Assembly (NCBI GenBank): GCA_009914755.4
Contig: CP068257.2
Span: 14,912,001-14,976,000 of the forward strand
Direction: 5' to 3'
From: the human T2T-CHM13v2.0 reference genome, Homo sapiens
Length of the DNA stretch: 64,000 bases
Shown: in pieces, positions 43,392-61,087 of the stretch
Numbering within the stretch: position 1 is the first letter of the stretch
Layout of the letters: every line of letters starts with the position of its first letter
Notes under the pieces: generated by a model
What the model saw: only the letters and a program-made list of their open reading frames with translations
Database searches by the model: none
What the model was told of the DNA's origin: nothing
Made by a program: the position numbers and the translations under genes

Positions 43392-46300
43392 TGAAAAGTC
43401 ATTTATTTTAGTCATTGAAAATCAAGGACAATTCCTTGGTGGAGGCTGCATTTAGCTGGTCCCTAGATAGGAAGGATTTCTAGAGAAAGTGATGGAAGGG
43501 CTTGGGTTTCTGGGAGACTATACAGTATATACAAATGTGCAGGAACAGGAAAGCTGGGCTATGTTTGGCAATGAATGTTGTTGCAAAGTTAGGTGCATTG
43601 TTGGAAAGTTAGTAATTGAGTGCCTAATAAAAAGTAAGCTGAAATCAGTTGATGGAGTAGCTACAGAGTTCAGGGAGGTTGTCCTGGGGATTGTGCAATT
43701 TTACAATGGAGTAGGCACTGAGGACCTTTTAAATATTTGGGGACAGACGCAAGGATGTAAAGTGCAAGATTAATCTGTTTCCAGTCAATATGGCTTAATA
43801 CTCCAATCCAGAGGACCTGTCAGAATTACTGAGCAAGCTTTATGTAGACACACCATTTTTCCTACCCCTTAAATTCTGACTCACTAGGTCTGGGGTAGAG
43901 AATGTGCAGGTGTGTTTTGTAAAAGCTCCTAGATGACTGGCTAACACACAAATTGAGAAAGAGTTGGATAGAGAATGCTGAAATGAGAAAATATAAGGGA
44001 TTATTAGATAGAAATAAAGACTATTGCAATGTGTAGGAAGAACAAAAATGGAGATATAAACCAGGGTTTCCTAACATGAATTTCACATGCCCCTAGACTT
44101 TTGGGGTTTTATATTCCTATGAGAGTGCATGTAATATTTTGAGTGTATGTCTATTTTTTTTCTGGAAAAGGTGATCTAACCATGTATATAATATTTTCAA
44201 AGACTAAAATCACCCAAAATTAAGAACTACTAGGGCCAGTTAGTATGAAGTAAATGGGAGAAAGTTCATGAATCTACAATTGGAAGTATTTAATGACAGA
44301 GTAGATTGCATAGGGATGAAATTTGTGGCAAGAAAGAAAGGCAGAGAAGATTTCATAAAGTTTTTCTACCTGTTGATACTAAAAGAATTAGAATCATCAT
44401 ATTCCTTTTGTGAATTAGCATTAACTTCCTCTTACACTTGTATTTCAGTTAATAGAACTTTGATATTAGGCATGGTGTGAATGTGGCACCACAGGAAGTT
44501 GTTGAAGCAGTAGTGAAAAATTTAGAGATGACTACATAGCTTCAGAAATCATTCTTCTAGAAACATAGTTGAACACTTTTGAAGTTAGGGATCAGGTTGC
44601 TTCCATCTTGTTGCTCTAGTAGAAATGCAAGGAGAAAAATAAAGGCACTGCACTCCCTTTTAAGGAAACAATTTGGATTTTTATAAACAGAATCTACTAT
44701 GTCCTTAGAACTTAATCACAAGTTACACAAAGTTTTGGAGCGGAGGGGTGCATGAAAATGCAGACTTAATTCTAGGTAGTTATTTACCCAGCTAAAAATC
44801 AGAAGAAAAAAAGCAGTAGATATTGAAGAAAAACTATCAACCTGTCATAGTGAACATCAACAATTTTGAAGCATCTGATAATAAATGAACCCAACCATAA
44901 TATGAGGACATTTATCTCAACCTTCTCCTTAAATAATATATTTTGCTTAGAAAGATGTACAGATTTCTTTATAACATATCTTATGACACATTTTAACACC
45001 TGTCTTATACAGGTGATTCATATCCTGAAAAGATTAGAACACTTCCATGTTCAACTGGAAAGATAATATTACTGGTTGCAAATGCAGTTAAACCTATTCC
45101 AATGTTACTAAGCCTACTAGTCTTGAACCATTTTAAAACAATTTAAGATATTTTCACATTATCTAAAGATAACTAGGTTTTTTACAAAATAAAGTCTGGG
45201 GAAGGACAAAAGAAAAAGTAACAAACTCTTAGAGATCGATGATAGCAAATCTTCATTTTATAAAATTATAAAATGAAAAATTCCAGACTAAATAGAAAAA
45301 CAAAAACAACTATTAGTCTCATCAGCCAGAGAATATCTCCTATTATCATACAATGTAAACTCATGTGCTCTATCTCTCTCCACCATCACATACATGCACT
45401 CAATATTTTTATAATCTTTTGTAACTTGTTTTTCAATTGTTATATACTGAATACTTTGCCACATATTATTTTATCATATGCTTATTATGTTATTGTTTTA
45501 TGATACACTAATATAATTTATTTAACCAGTCAGCTCACAGGTGTACATTGAATTTACTTTCACCTTATTTTTAACTAATATAAACACTACTATGTTGATA
45601 AATACACATACATATAATTATATGTAGTGATTCCCTGGGTATATTCATTGGAACAGATGATAATGGCCTGAATGAAGGTGATGGCAGTGGGATTAGCAAG
45701 GCAAAGAGGGATCAGAGAAAATTTAGAAGGTAGAATTAACAGAGTCAAGTGATTGACTGTATAGTTGAATGATATCTGGAAAACTTAAACCAAAATAATT
45801 ACCTCCTAACATTATGCTGTTGCTCTATTGTTCTCCGCTCATTTGATCTATAACATTTCTTTCTTTCATGGGAAGGAAGATGCAATCAAGAATAGAATAA
45901 ACAGAAGATTTGAAGTGACTGGTAGATTATTTTTTAAACTTATAGCAAGTGTAATGAGCTCTAAACAAATTGGTCTGGTTTGGAAGAGATAGACTCACAA
46001 GAAAAAAAAATGGTTTTACTTTTAATTTCTAAAGTTCATGGCCAGAAATATTAGCCTAATCCTAGAGACCTGGATCATAGAACTTATCATAGTTAACTAT
46101 CAAATAGAGAAGACTTTAGGATATGATCTGAAGGTAGTCATCCATCATATAGAACACCATGATACTTTCTAGACTGGGGTCAGTGAAGAGACTAGTGTCC
46201 TAGAGAGAGAAGAAAAAATTGAATATAGGCAAATATTCCTTATTTCACTCCTAGTTTTACACTAGTGGTCGTTAGTGTCCTAGAGAGAAAAGAGAAAATT

Positions 46301-46783
46301 GAATATAGGCAAATATTCCCTATTTCACTGCTAGTTTTACAACCTCTAGGGGAGGGAGTGAAAATCAGAGATGTGTAATTCCACCTTTATTATACACTAA
46401 ATTCTCATACATTCTAGAATATTCTAGTCCATTTTAATATTGTAGATACAATAGTAATAACTATTGTTCTAGATTTTCTTTTCCTTTTCAAGATTCCTTG
46501 AAAACTGGAATCTTTTTTTCATGGAGCTTATCCAGGGGTAGCATAGGACATAGTCTTTTTTGTTTTTCCTAAGTTTCATTCAGACTTTACTTTTTCTTCT
46601 GTCTTTATGCAGATAATCAAGTACTTGATCCTTAGCAGATAGGCTCATTTATTCACTTAGTCAACAAATACATTAAATACCTTCCATATGGAAAGCAAAT
46701 TATTTTAAGTTGTAAAATTAATTTCAGCTACAATTTATTGTATTACATTTTTTTAATGTTAATTGAACATATCAAGGCCTTTA

Positions 46784-47315
<532 letters not shown>

Positions 47316-50300
47316 TTATTTGTTAGTGCTTCTAGTATCTTTCCCAAGAATTCAAGTGGAACAGAGAATCCAGTGAAATTTGGTGCTTTGCATCATTACT
47401 AAACTCATATCTGCAAGGTAATCATGTGTGATAAGGCTAAAATGTAAAAGCATTTAAATCAATAGCTCTTTCAGATGTTCTTCTGATAAAATTGCTTCAT
47501 TTACTTTCCTAACTAATTTATGTAAGTGAAAAGATTAAGAGAAAAACTAATATTAGGAGTAACAGGATCCAAAGAATGTATTGAACTTCATTGTTTTAGT
47601 TGGCATCTTTGCGAGCCTTTTAATGATCTGATCTCAGAAACATCTATCTTAGAAAGGGGTATACTTTCTGGCTTCATTTACTTGAAAATAAATTAAGTTA
47701 GGGTCATAAGCAGAGGTTAGGTTACTTCTACCTGGAAATTAATCAGAAATTTGATTTTGCCCTTTGTATTGCTTTTCTGCCCCCACATCTCAACACACCT
47801 TCTGTCGTACAATCCTAAAGCTCCCTTTCTTGCATCGTGGCAGTTTAAAGGAATTTGAAGTTGTGGATTTCCATATTTACATAATTATATACTGAATATA
47901 TAATATAATAGGGTAGGGTAAAGTGTTTTTAAAAGATGTGACATCTTAAAGAAAATCCACAGATATCATAAGTGAGTCTAATTTATTGGCAAATTTCAGG
48001 CTATGTTCTTAGTCATATTTCTGCTAGAAGAAAACTACTTTCCATTTTGTGTTTTCTCATTTGCATTACTGCAAAGTTATTCATGCATATGAAAAGGATA
48101 TTATTCATCTCTGTATTCCTTTCTCTCCTTATTCCAAACCCAATGATTTTATGAGTTATACATAAAGAAACACACTGCTATATCTATATGTTTATACATA
48201 GATATCTATGTGATTCAAATTTGGTATTACAGCTGGATAGCAACCCCAAGTGATAACATTATGTGCTACATGTGTCTTATTACATCATTAATGATATACC
48301 AAAATTGTCAAATATGTTGAAATCCAACAATTGTAACTGACAAGCTTTAGCATGATTTGCCTCCATTGGGAATGAAAAAGAGATAGAGGAATGTATTTCT
48401 GAATTCTTCCTCAAAGTGCATATGGCTGTACGATAAGCTCTTGTTTCTTACCTGCTAATATTTTTAGTGAGATGCTGTTGTCACAGTATTCATGGTAACT
48501 GGTTTCTGAAGTTTTTATGTGCATAAAGCCATATCATCTCCTAAATTGAAATTCCAGTGATATTCCAGAAGGAACTATGAAGGTGAACTGGCAAGAAGAA
48601 AGATGACCAACCTGACAGGGCTTTTTCCTTTCTCTAATGTTTGATTCTTCTTATCTCAATATCCCAAGGAAATTATTTCACTTGAAAGTTTAGGCAGAAT
48701 CCGCAGAAAAAAAAATTTCTCTTTTCTACTCTCCAGTTCTACTCCTACCCCTTAGAAAAGCAAATGGTATTCCTTCAATTCTTGAAAGTTTTTCCTTAAA
48801 ATATCTTGGCATTTGCAAGGCAGAGGAAAATAGGGTTGACAGTGAATTTCATGGACACAAACCTCATTCATGACAATGATGAGGTATTCAAGATTTCTCA
48901 CCCTTTGTGTCCTGCTTTATGTGTATTTAGGGATGGCATGAAGGAGGAGAAAGAGGAAGCTTATACTTTTTTCTTTAAAATTAATTCCCATTTAGCCGTT
49001 AAAGAGTGGAATCGTTTTTAAGCCGGGAAGACATTGTATTTGCATTTTCCTTTTCAATAATTGTAGCAGATATGAAAGTGAATAGACAATGGCAGTCACA
49101 TACAGAATAACCTGGTTTCCTAGATGGACCCACTTGTCGGAGATCAAACGGCTACAGCACATTTAGGGTTACACTCTCTTTCCCTTCCTCCTTATTCTCA
49201 ACTGCAGTGGAGCTTGTTCCAAAGTTGCCATGGTAACACTATATCTGGCTGCTAGCTCTGTCGTAAGTTATTGAACTGAGACTGGCTTTTGGTTTAGCAG
49301 ATAATTAGGTTCTGTCTCACAGGTTCATTTTCCTGTGACTGGGACGTGAATATGACCTACAGCTGGCCTCAATTTCAGTGTCACAGACAAAACTTTAACC
49401 CTTCCAAGCTCCTCTGGCACACTCCTAAGCACCGCTTGTGTGGTAGAGGAAGTCCAGTGTATGTCACCCATACCTTGAGGAGGATTACCAAGTCCTCATT
49501 TTATTTTTTATCTTTAGCATAACACTAAAGAAAATATAGTGAAGGTTGTACACATAGAGCATTTTCAAAATAAAAAATATAACAATGTGATATATAGTTA
49601 TGTATTTTATATATACTACATGAAACTTTTTGTAGTCATATTATTTCCTTGAGTCTCTAATAATTTTTAAGTCACACTGAAATTTCTTCTGTTATAATTA
49701 GGAATCCACAGAATTTCAATTTCAAAACCTCTGTTCTCAGAAATATTAGGTGGGTACTTTTATTCTCAGCTTTGAGAACTGTCTGCCAGTTCATTGACAC
49801 TCCTCTCTCTGCTCTTATATACCCTGAATTATAGCTGACATTAAAAGGTTCCATTGGAGTCACAGGCAGACCCATATGACAGGAAACACCGCTACCACTC
49901 TACTAAATGCCAAAATGCTCACTCAGGGCTTAAATCTTGCTGGCTTGGAAAACCAGCTACTTCTTTTGCATGTTGTATTTGGAAGATTTCAATCAGTTAA
50001 ATAGCTGCCCTTTGTTTAAGACAAAGAAAGAAACATAACTTTGGGAACAGATATTGAATTCACAATATCCATGGCAACACAGAGAGCTGTGGAATTGCTA
50101 AGAGAAGATGTACCTTTGTATGTCAAACAATGGGAAAGACCTTCAAGGAAATCTGTTTAAAATTTTTAGTGTATGTCACCTAGAAGCTTAACATGAAAAG
50201 GTAAGAAAGGAATAGGGAGAGTTGAGTTTACCAGAATTAAAACATGAGTTAAAGGAATTCCATACCCTAATTGGCCGAAGGATCACCTAACCATGTTAAT

Positions 50301-50363
50301 AGTGACAGGTAAAATTTGTGAAAGGGAAGATTAGAAGATTCAACAATTGCATATTGGACTTAT

Positions 50364-50404
50364 GATGTGTGTGTGTATGTGTGTGTGTGCGTGTGCGCAT
50401 GTGC
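50364..50404. repeat. (TG)n microsatellite, imperfect
   Basis: gtgtgtgtgtgtatgtgtgtgtgtgcgtgtgcgcatgtgcac seen directly. Confidence 0.9.
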
Positions 50405-51099
50405 ACAGGCATATGTCCCGCATAGACTGTACTCTATTTTAATCCGTGCCTTTCATTCTCAAACTCTAGATGACAAGAGCACCTCAAAGGCAGCAGCCTC
50501 AAGGAGCAGCCATGGCCCCAGACTTGTCGCACGGATGCAGAAAACTTAATGGAGGAGGCTGAGGTCAGAATGGGAAGAGTTTTTAAAAAATAAAAAGGGG
50601 AGCTAATATGTGAGGAACTGATTGCTGTGCATTATTTTCCACTGAACAGACCTTCTTTTAACTTCTAATCTCAAGCACATAGCAGCTGTTGTTTTCATAT
50701 TAAAGATCAGTAAGTGTTTGTTGAATGAATGTATAAATTCTTCCCCAATCTCTGTTCCATGTAATAAGAACTAAGTTAGCATTCAATTATAAAGAGGACT
50801 TAGAAAGTCTGCAGACATTTTTGATCAAAAATCCTTTTAACTGTCTTCTTATGGTTCCCGGTAACACCTAAGCCCAAAAAACTCAGGTCATTTCTTGCCT
50901 GTACTGTTGCAATAGCCTCATAATAACTAGTCTTCTCCTTTATCAACCACAGTCGTCTCCGCTACACAAAGAAGAGAGGGTGCTAATCTAAAGTGTAAAT
51001 TATTTTAAATCAGCACCCTTCTTGTAATTTCCCAGTGGTTTTTCCTGTCATAAGAATAACATGCAAAATTCCTTGCTTGCAAAGCCAGGTATGACCTTG

Positions 51100-51525
51100 C
51101 CCCGTCTACCTTACTGGCATCGTCTCTCATGACTCTTCCCCTTTTTCACTCTCCATCTTGCCTTTTCCCAACCATGCCTGCTAGTGAGCCTTAGCCCTTG
51201 TGTTTTCTCTGCCAGGGATGCATGACTGGCTTCTTTACTTTATTCTGATCTCTCTGCTCAAATGTCATCTTTTTAGAGATAGCTTTCCTAAACATCTTTA
51301 AAAGTACCCCATGAACTGTGAAACACCTTTCCTGCTTTTTCTTCATAGTACTTATCACTTCCTGATATTATGTTAGACAACAAGCAAATAAGTATATGCT
51401 GTTCCCACTAAAATATAAGCTCCATTTGAACAGGAGCCTTGATTATTCCTGAGTATACCCCTAGTGCCCAGAACCTAGTAGGGCTTTAATAAATATTAGA
51501 TTCATTTGTTGAATGAAAAAATGAA
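51100..51525 (+). mobile_element. Ancient LINE2/MIR-type 3'-end repeat fragment
   Basis: cctgctttttcttcatagtacttatcacttcctgatattatgttagac...ctaaaatataagctccatttgaacaggagccttgattattcctgagtatacccctagtgcccagaacctagtagggctttaataaatattagattcatttgttgaatgaa is colinear with the common L2/MIR 3' motif (...ttttctccatagcacttatcacc...ctagaatgtaagctccatgagggcagggac...ccagcgcctagaacagtgcctggcacatagtaggtgctcaataaatatttgttgaatgaatgaa). Confidence 0.45.
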
Positions 51526-54500
51526 TGAATAATTGAATAAAGATATCCAGGTAGAGTGTCCGGGCAGCCCAACCTATGTGAAGCCAGTACAAGAATGTTT
51601 CTGTGACATAGTGAGTGCAATTATTCCTCTAAATGATGAACTTGCATGAGTACACAAGGATAAAATTAAGCACGTAGTTTAGATTTCTGCAAGTCTCTTC
51701 CTCAGATTGAGGAAAAACAAAGAAATTGAGCTTATTCTCACCTCATTCTTACATGAACTAAATCCAGAATAAAGCATCATTTAAATACCAAGCACATCCC
51801 TACCTCAGCCACTCATGGAATACTTTATCTGTAAAGGGACAGATAGATAGTAAATATTTTTGGCTTTGGGGACCGTACAGTCTGTGTCGCCACTACTCAG
51901 CACTTCTGTTGAGGTGTGGAATCAGCCCTAGACAACACATAAACAAATGGGTGTGGCTGTGTTCCAATAAAATGTTATTTATAAAACTAGGAAATCAGCA
52001 GATTTAGTCCACAGGCTGTAGTTTGCTGACCCTTGAATTAGAGAGTCTTCCCCAAATCCTCTTCCCAAGTTATTGAAAGAATGCCCATAGGACCATAGCT
52101 CCCTCACCTGGTTCTTTCAAGAAATGAGACAAATTCAGGGATGGTTGGAGGGTGGAACGCCTACCTGTGACATGACTATTGAGCCTGATTTCTTTCCTTT
52201 TATCTCTTTAAAGTGAGTCAGGTCTTAACTTTAAACTGTCTCTAAAGTGGCAATAACTGGGCCATGTCAAATACTCCCAATGACAAAATTTCTTCTTGGA
52301 GAATGAATGAGGGTTGCATACAGTGGTGTGTTGGTAAATGTTTAGCAACTGGCTCTCTTACTGATTTCTGTAGTGTAAATTCTCCCATCCTGGCCATCTG
52401 AAACTACCAATATGATGTCACTTGATGTAGAGTTGGGAAAAGACAGTCTCTTGAATAAGTATGAGCTGGTTCCAGCCCACTGCTGAACACATATTTAAAA
52501 GCTACAATAGCTCTGCTCACTGCCATTGCAGAGTCTGGAGGAAAGAGTAGCAGGCTTGATAGGAGCAATTGGCTGAATAATCTTTTGCAATGCCAATAAA
52601 TAATGAAAAAGTATATAAATATAACGCTGTATAGAAAGCTCTCAAGTTCAGTGTTTGGTTAAAATACATACTCAGTAAATGGTAGCTATTATTGTCTTAG
52701 TTTAAGTTATTGCAAGCATTAAAATTAAATGTTTAGCTACAGACTCAATCCAGTTTTAATGTCATTGTGTTAATAAGGCCTCTTAACATTGAAGCAACAA
52801 AGATAAAGGAATTTTTTTGTAGCTATTCACGATTCTGCCCAGCTCAAGGTAAAGATAGCAACAAAATACTCCAACCAGAATAAAAGAAGTCTCCACTTGA
52901 CTGCAGCTCTTCACAACACTTCACAAGGGTCAAGCTGTGTTAGTTTCCTTCAGTGTTAAACAGAATGCATCTTAAGAGAATAGTTCAATTATTGATTGAA
53001 TAGTAGGTTCAAGTTGACTATAATCCCAACTAATACACTCTAAGACCAGGGATGGGCCGACAGAAGGGTAAAGTTTTCCACTCAAGTCTCGAGGCAAACA
53101 CTCAGATAGAAGTAGTAATATGGATGCCTTCTATTATTTGGTCACATACAATACTGTTCCAGCCCAGTTGTGCAAAACTGGTGAAATAAAAGGCAAAAAT
53201 ATTGACAACAGTTTGGGTAACTGGATTCCAAAATGGGCATCCATCTAAGAGAAATTAATGAAAAAAAAGCATATGGACCTTGAAATACATTAATACACAG
53301 TTTAGGTTTAAACACTCAGTTTTTATTAGAAAAGACTAACTTATCCTGTTTTGAACACTACAAAAGTGCTTTCTGAACCATTTACTCTCAAACCTCCTCC
53401 ACCCATTCCCCTCCATCTATAACGCTTTCTGCACATCTGTAAAAGGTATGACTTAGTGTTTGGTCTGTGAAATAAGGTTAAAAAGGAAGCATTTCTTTTT
53501 ACATTCTAGCTAATGTTGATATTTTTCTCATGCTTCTATTAGCACATAATTCAGATACATTAGTTTTGAAGTTTTGAATCTTCTCTGCTTCTTGAGGGCT
53601 CTCTGTTCTAGATCAACATGATCTGTGGAACACCAGCCAAGTCCTGGGCAGAACCCTCCCCGTTGTCCAAATATTACTGAATCAGTTGAGTTTTCTCTGT
53701 TGTCAATGAATTATTCCACATGTTTCTTTGCTACATTTTTTTTGGCTTTCTGTTCACAGTAAATATAGCCTTTGTTTTTAAAAACTTCTATTATGAAAAT
53801 TCCAAATATATGCAAATTAGAGAGAATAGCATAATGAACCTCTATGTGCTTATCACACATATAGGTTCAACTAATTAAATTATATCAATTTATGGCCAAT
53901 CTGGTTTCATTTATAACATCATTCGCTCATTCCTAACTCCCTGGATTATTTGATTGACATGTTTCTAAAGTTCCTTTTAATCTGTAGGTTCCCCCTCTCA
54001 TTTAATCTTTTGCAACTTATTCATTGATGAAACTGGGTTATTTGTCCTTTATTGTTTCTCTCATTCTGAAATATGCTGTAATGTCATTAACCATATTCTT
54101 CTTTCCTGTATTTTCTGTAAGCTTTGAGCTAGGCAGAAATATTTTAATCAGATTCCTTTTTTTTTCTTTTAGCAAGATTTCTTCATAAATAATATTGTAT
54201 GTGTTCATGAAAATAGAAATAAAAATAGAAATAAAGAAGAAATAACAGAAAAAGGACAGAAATTGTTAAAATTTTTTTATGAAAACAGATAGTAAATAAC
54301 ATTGTAATAAATCCCAACAGAACATAGAGAACCTGACTTTATTGACGTTAGTGGGAGGAGGTTTGTGATTTTAAAACTATATATTATGGTTATGTCATCT
54401 AAAAATCAAATATTCAAGCACATATATTAAAATTAGTCATCATTACATTTTTCCAAAATAAAAAATAAAACTAAACCAACATTAACCATCAGTGATTCCA

Positions 54501-55723
54501 TCAACTGAGCAAGTTTGAGTAGCATTACCCTAGTGAATATCAGACTATCGATTATTCTATTCATGTACCTGAAATTGGATAACAGTATGAAGAATTTCCT
54601 GAACAAATACAAGATACATATTTAGACCTTCTCCAGTCTAGAGGAATACTTGCTTCTTGTCAGAATGAAGAATGAGGAGTATTGTTTTAGAACTGGACTT
54701 CTTTGATGACCCTTAAGTAAACCAATATGGACCAGATAACAGGAGCATTTCAAAGCATCAGAATTTTGGGGGATTCTTGTGGTGGAGCACAATGAGGCAT
54801 TCCAGCCTACTCTAAGAAAATAGTTCATCCCTGTCAATATCCTGGGAAGCAGAGTTCAGATAAAACTATGAAGACACAATGTAAAATGTCAGTTGTCTTT
54901 GCAAAACATTAAGTATATGTGTATTCTTGGGAATGGGGGGAAGTATGTAATTATTTGTGGCTTTTCAAAAATGAATGGCTTTTGAAAAGCCACCTCTGTA
55001 GTGCCTTTTTGATTCCTCTTACGAAAAAAACAAACCTGGAAAAATTAGTAGTCTTTAATTTATAGTTAGTTAGCACATTATGACAGAACTTTAATCTCAT
55101 ATCTCACTAGGTAGAAATGAAATAATACATTTTCCCATTATATATTGATTGGAGTTAATTAAATATAGTTAGTATTCCATTTACATTGATGCTTTTTGTT
55201 CAAATCTATGGTATTATGTATAAATATGCCAATTATTCAGTAAAACATCACTAAAATTAAACCTATATTGTTATGAAGCTGTTAGAAAATATCTTCTTTG
55301 AATTCTGAGAGCTGTATTATATTAGTTTAACTAGTTATCTTGAAATTCTGAAGTTCCTTGAATCTATTTTAATTTTGTATCAGGAATTGGAGAGGTTTTT
55401 CCAGAAAAGTGTTACTTAAATGCATCAAATGCAATGTGGGAATTTTGACCCACTTCTTGTATTTCTATTTTCCTGCTGTTTTTGCCCCCAGAGGAAGAAT
55501 ATAAACATTTTGCTTATTGTAACACATTGCTTCATTATGATATATTATTGTTACCATTTTTTTTAAAAAAGAATGTTTCTAGGTTTTAATTAAGCTCCTT
55601 CACCTAATATGTAATTTTAAAGTTATTATTTCATATAATATCTAACTTGCCACAGTTAGGAACCTGGAGCAGACTGAACCTTTGGACAAAATGATGCCGT
55701 TATTATGAAAACAGAAAAGCATA

Positions 55724-56007
55724 GACCAGGTGTGGTGGCATATGCCTATAATCCTAGCACTTTGGGAGGCTGAGGTGGTTGGATCACTTGAGGTCAGGAG
55801 GTCAAGACCAGCCTGGCCAACACAGCAAAACCCCGTCTCTATTAAAACTACAAAAATTAGCCTGAAATGGTGGTGGACACCTGTAGTCCCAGCTACTTTG
55901 GAGGCTGAGGCAGGAGAATCGCTTGAACCCGGAGGCAGAGGTTGCAGTGAGCTGAGATTGTACCACTGCACTCCAACCTGGGCGACAGAGTGAGACTCTG
56001 TCTCAAA

Positions 56008-56042
<35 letters not shown>

Positions 56043-56044
56043 AA
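55724..56044 (+). mobile_element. Alu SINE, full-length, with an (AAAT)n tail
   Basis: gaccaggtgtggtggcatatgcctataatcctagcactttgggaggctgaggtggttggatcacttgaggtcaggaggtcaagaccagcc ... gcactccaacctgggcgacagagtgagactctgtctc plus (aaat)12. A possible TSD is gaaaagcata / taaaatcata. ORFs 55642-55971 (-) and 55730-55993 (+) are Alu translations. Confidence 0.92.
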
Positions 56045-56705
56045 TCATAGCTGTAGGCAACTTCAAGCTTATAATTTTGCAGAGCAATAGCAGTAAGATA
56101 CTCTGTACAAAGTTAAGTCAAGGATTATTGCACATCTCATATGATGGGATTCTTTCTTTAAAAGTTTTATTTTATTGTAGTAAGAATACTTAGCATGAGA
56201 TCTACACTCAACAGGTTTTCTAAGTGTACTGTTTATTATCACTGATGATAGGCACAACATTGTACAGCAGATTTCTAGAGTTTATTCATCTTGCTTAACT
56301 AAAACTTTATGCCCATTGAATAGTAACTCCCCATTTCCCCTTTCCCCCGCTTCTGACAACACGATTACCCTTTGGTTCTACAAATTTGACTATTTTAGAT
56401 ACATCATGTAAGCGGAAGCAGAAAGTGTTTGTCTTTCTTTGACTAGCTTATTTCACTTAGCATAGTGTCGTCCAGGTCATCAATGTCATCCCACACTGCA
56501 GAATCGCCTTTTTTTTTTTTAATGGCTAAATAGTATTTCATTGTGTATACGTTTTTTTATCCATTTCACCTATTGATGGGCATTAAGGGTGTTTCCACAT
56601 CTTGGCTGTTGTGCATACTCCTGCATTGTGCTATTCATGGGAGTGCTAATATCTCTTTGGGATCTTGATTTCAATTCTTTTGGATATACAGCCAAAAGCG
56701 ATATT

Positions 56706-56876
56706 GCTGGATCATATGGTAACTTTTTTTTTCAATAGTTTTAGGGGTACAGTGGTTTTTGGCTACATGGATGAATTATATGGTGGTGCAGTCTAGGCTT
56801 TTAGTGTATCTGTCACCTGATTAGTGTACATCGTACCCAATATGTAATTTTTAACCCTCACTCCTCTAGTTTTATT
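56706..56876 (-). mobile_element. Short nested L1 3'-terminal fragment (last ~165 nt of an L1PB-type 3' UTR, antisense) inside the old L1
   Basis: tttttttt caatagttttaggggtacagtggtttttggctacatggatgaattatatggtggtgcagtctaggcttttagtgtatctgtcacctgattagtgtacatcgtacccaatatgtaatttttaaccctcactcc matches the antisense 3' terminus of older primate L1s (ttaggggtacaagtggtttttggttacatggatgaattgtatagtggtgaagtctggg...gtacattgtacccaatag). It interrupts the colinear old L1 between ggatcatatggtaac and ttttttgaggaaac. Confidence 0.4.
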
Positions 56877-56893
56877 TATATATATAAATACAA

Positions 56894-57196
<303 letters not shown>

Positions 57197-57762
57197 TATT
57201 TATAATTTTTTGAGGAAACTTTGTACTTTTTCCCATAGCTGTACCATTTTGCATTTCCACCTACAGTGTTCAAGAGTTCCAGTTTCTCCACATCCTTACC
57301 AATACTTGTCTTTTTTTTTTTTTAATAGCCATCCTGGCAGATGTAAGGTGATATTTCATCACAGTTTTGATTTGCATTTCCCTGATAACTAATGACATTG
57401 GACTTTTTTTTATATATCTGCTGGCCACCTGTATGTCTTCTTTGGAGAAACATCTATTCAAGTTTCTAGTTCATTTTTAAATTGGATTATTTGCTTTTTG
57501 CTATTGAGTTGTTTGAGTTCCTTATCTATTTTGAAGCTTAACCCTATATCAAATGGGATTCTTATATTTTTGTTTCATATTTTGTAATATATCAGGTCCA
57601 TGAAATTAGCTATCTTAAGTAAGTTGCTTTTGTGTTGTTTCTTATGACAATTCTGATTAGAATATTAATACAAACGTGAAATGCAGCTTTTACCAACAAA
57701 TGGGCTAGTTTTTATTGAATCAATAAAACCCATATTTTGAGAGTTTTACTCAAAAGAACCTA

Positions 57763-58977
<1,215 letters not shown>

Positions 58978-59715
58978 GGCCAACTTGTGAAGCTAAAACC
59001 AGCAAAAAAAAAAAAAAGTGTTATTCAAGAGTAAGAATGAAATAAAGATTTGTTTTTGGATAAACAAAAAAAAAAGAAAGAAAGAAATGGCAATTACTTA
59101 GAGAGGCTTGGAAGGTATATTTCAGAAACCGATGTGACAGCACTTACTGATAATTACAGTGTTAAAAAAAAAGTTTCTGTTTTGAATGTTCATGTAAATT
59201 TGCATTAAATTTAATTGTTGTCAAATGTGTAGTTTATGTTCTAGTGTGACAATTTTTAATTTTGTTTATATTCATTTATGATTCATTTGAAAGGGTTTTT
59301 GTGTAAATTGATTGATTTGTAACAAAATGCCAATTCTCATGGTACATTATTAAAATTCTGTGTTAGTGATAGAGCTGCTTTTTATAAAAAGGATACTTTC
59401 CATTAACATTTGAAAGTAAGTATTCCTCACTTTATCCTGATAATGATAATGACAAAAACTTGTATGGGAGGATGTGAACCAGCACTACACAACTTCTAAC
59501 GTTTTGTCTTACAGTGCTTCAATTTTCTATCTTGTAAACTTATATTTGTCCAGCTAATTGGATTACATTAAGTGATCTGGTATTTTTAAGCAAAACAAAA
59601 TAACAGATCTTTGTAAGAGCCAAATCAAAGACTTTGGCCTATTATACATGTAAGCTAGGCTTTATTTGTTGTCATTTTAAAGAAATAGTAATGGTGACCA
59701 AAAAACAGCAGAATC

Positions 59716-60358
<643 letters not shown>

Positions 60359-61087
60359 CAAAATAGCAGAATCTTAAGAGTTAGAAGACACGGTTAAAAT
60401 CACCCACCCTCTCTTAGGCTGAAATTCCTAAGCAACACATCTCTCTGGCTTATAGCATTTTAATTAAGGAATTAACATTTTCTAAGGTAAGGAAGTTACT
60501 ACTGTCGTAGGCAACTAATCACATTTTTGCATAACTCTAATTTTTAGGAAGTTCTTTCTTATTTGAACCAAATTTTATCTCTGGACTAATACCAAATATG
60601 TCTATATGACAGCACTTTGAATATTGGAGGTCTGTTTTCATGCCCTTCTCCCCAGACAAACCTTTAATTTGTTACAATAAATTTTTAAGGATCTCTGGAA
60701 TTACGGCATTATTGTTATACATCTACATGGACTTATGATAAAGTTTTCCAGACCACGAAGTCTGCCCAAAATTTTGGAGTTTAACTTAACGAAATTAGAA
60801 TCCAGCTACAAAGTTAAAGAGAAGACCACCTTTACTTCTGACACCCAACCACAAGTTCCATATTGCCCCAAACCACCTTCAGATTCCATAATTTACTAGA
60901 AATACAGAACTCACTGAAACTTATTATACTCACAGTTTTATTTATTACAGGGGAATGATTCATAAAATCAGTCAAAGAAAGAGACACATAGTACAGAGTC
61001 TGGAAGGGTTCCAAATGGGAGATTTGTGCTGTCTTTAGGATGTATTCCTCTTCTACTACTGATGTGTGATGGTACATTTTTGGCCCA

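Noticed and set aside
43860-43990. aaattctgactcactaggtctggggtagagaatgtgcaggtgtgttttgtaaaagctcctagatgactg, which resembles a widespread mammalian interspersed-repeat motif (gattcagtaggtctggggtggggcc...tgcattttaacaag..cccaggtgat)
   Set aside because: The match is by memory only and too short or diverged for me to assign a family or boundaries, so it is left unannotated.
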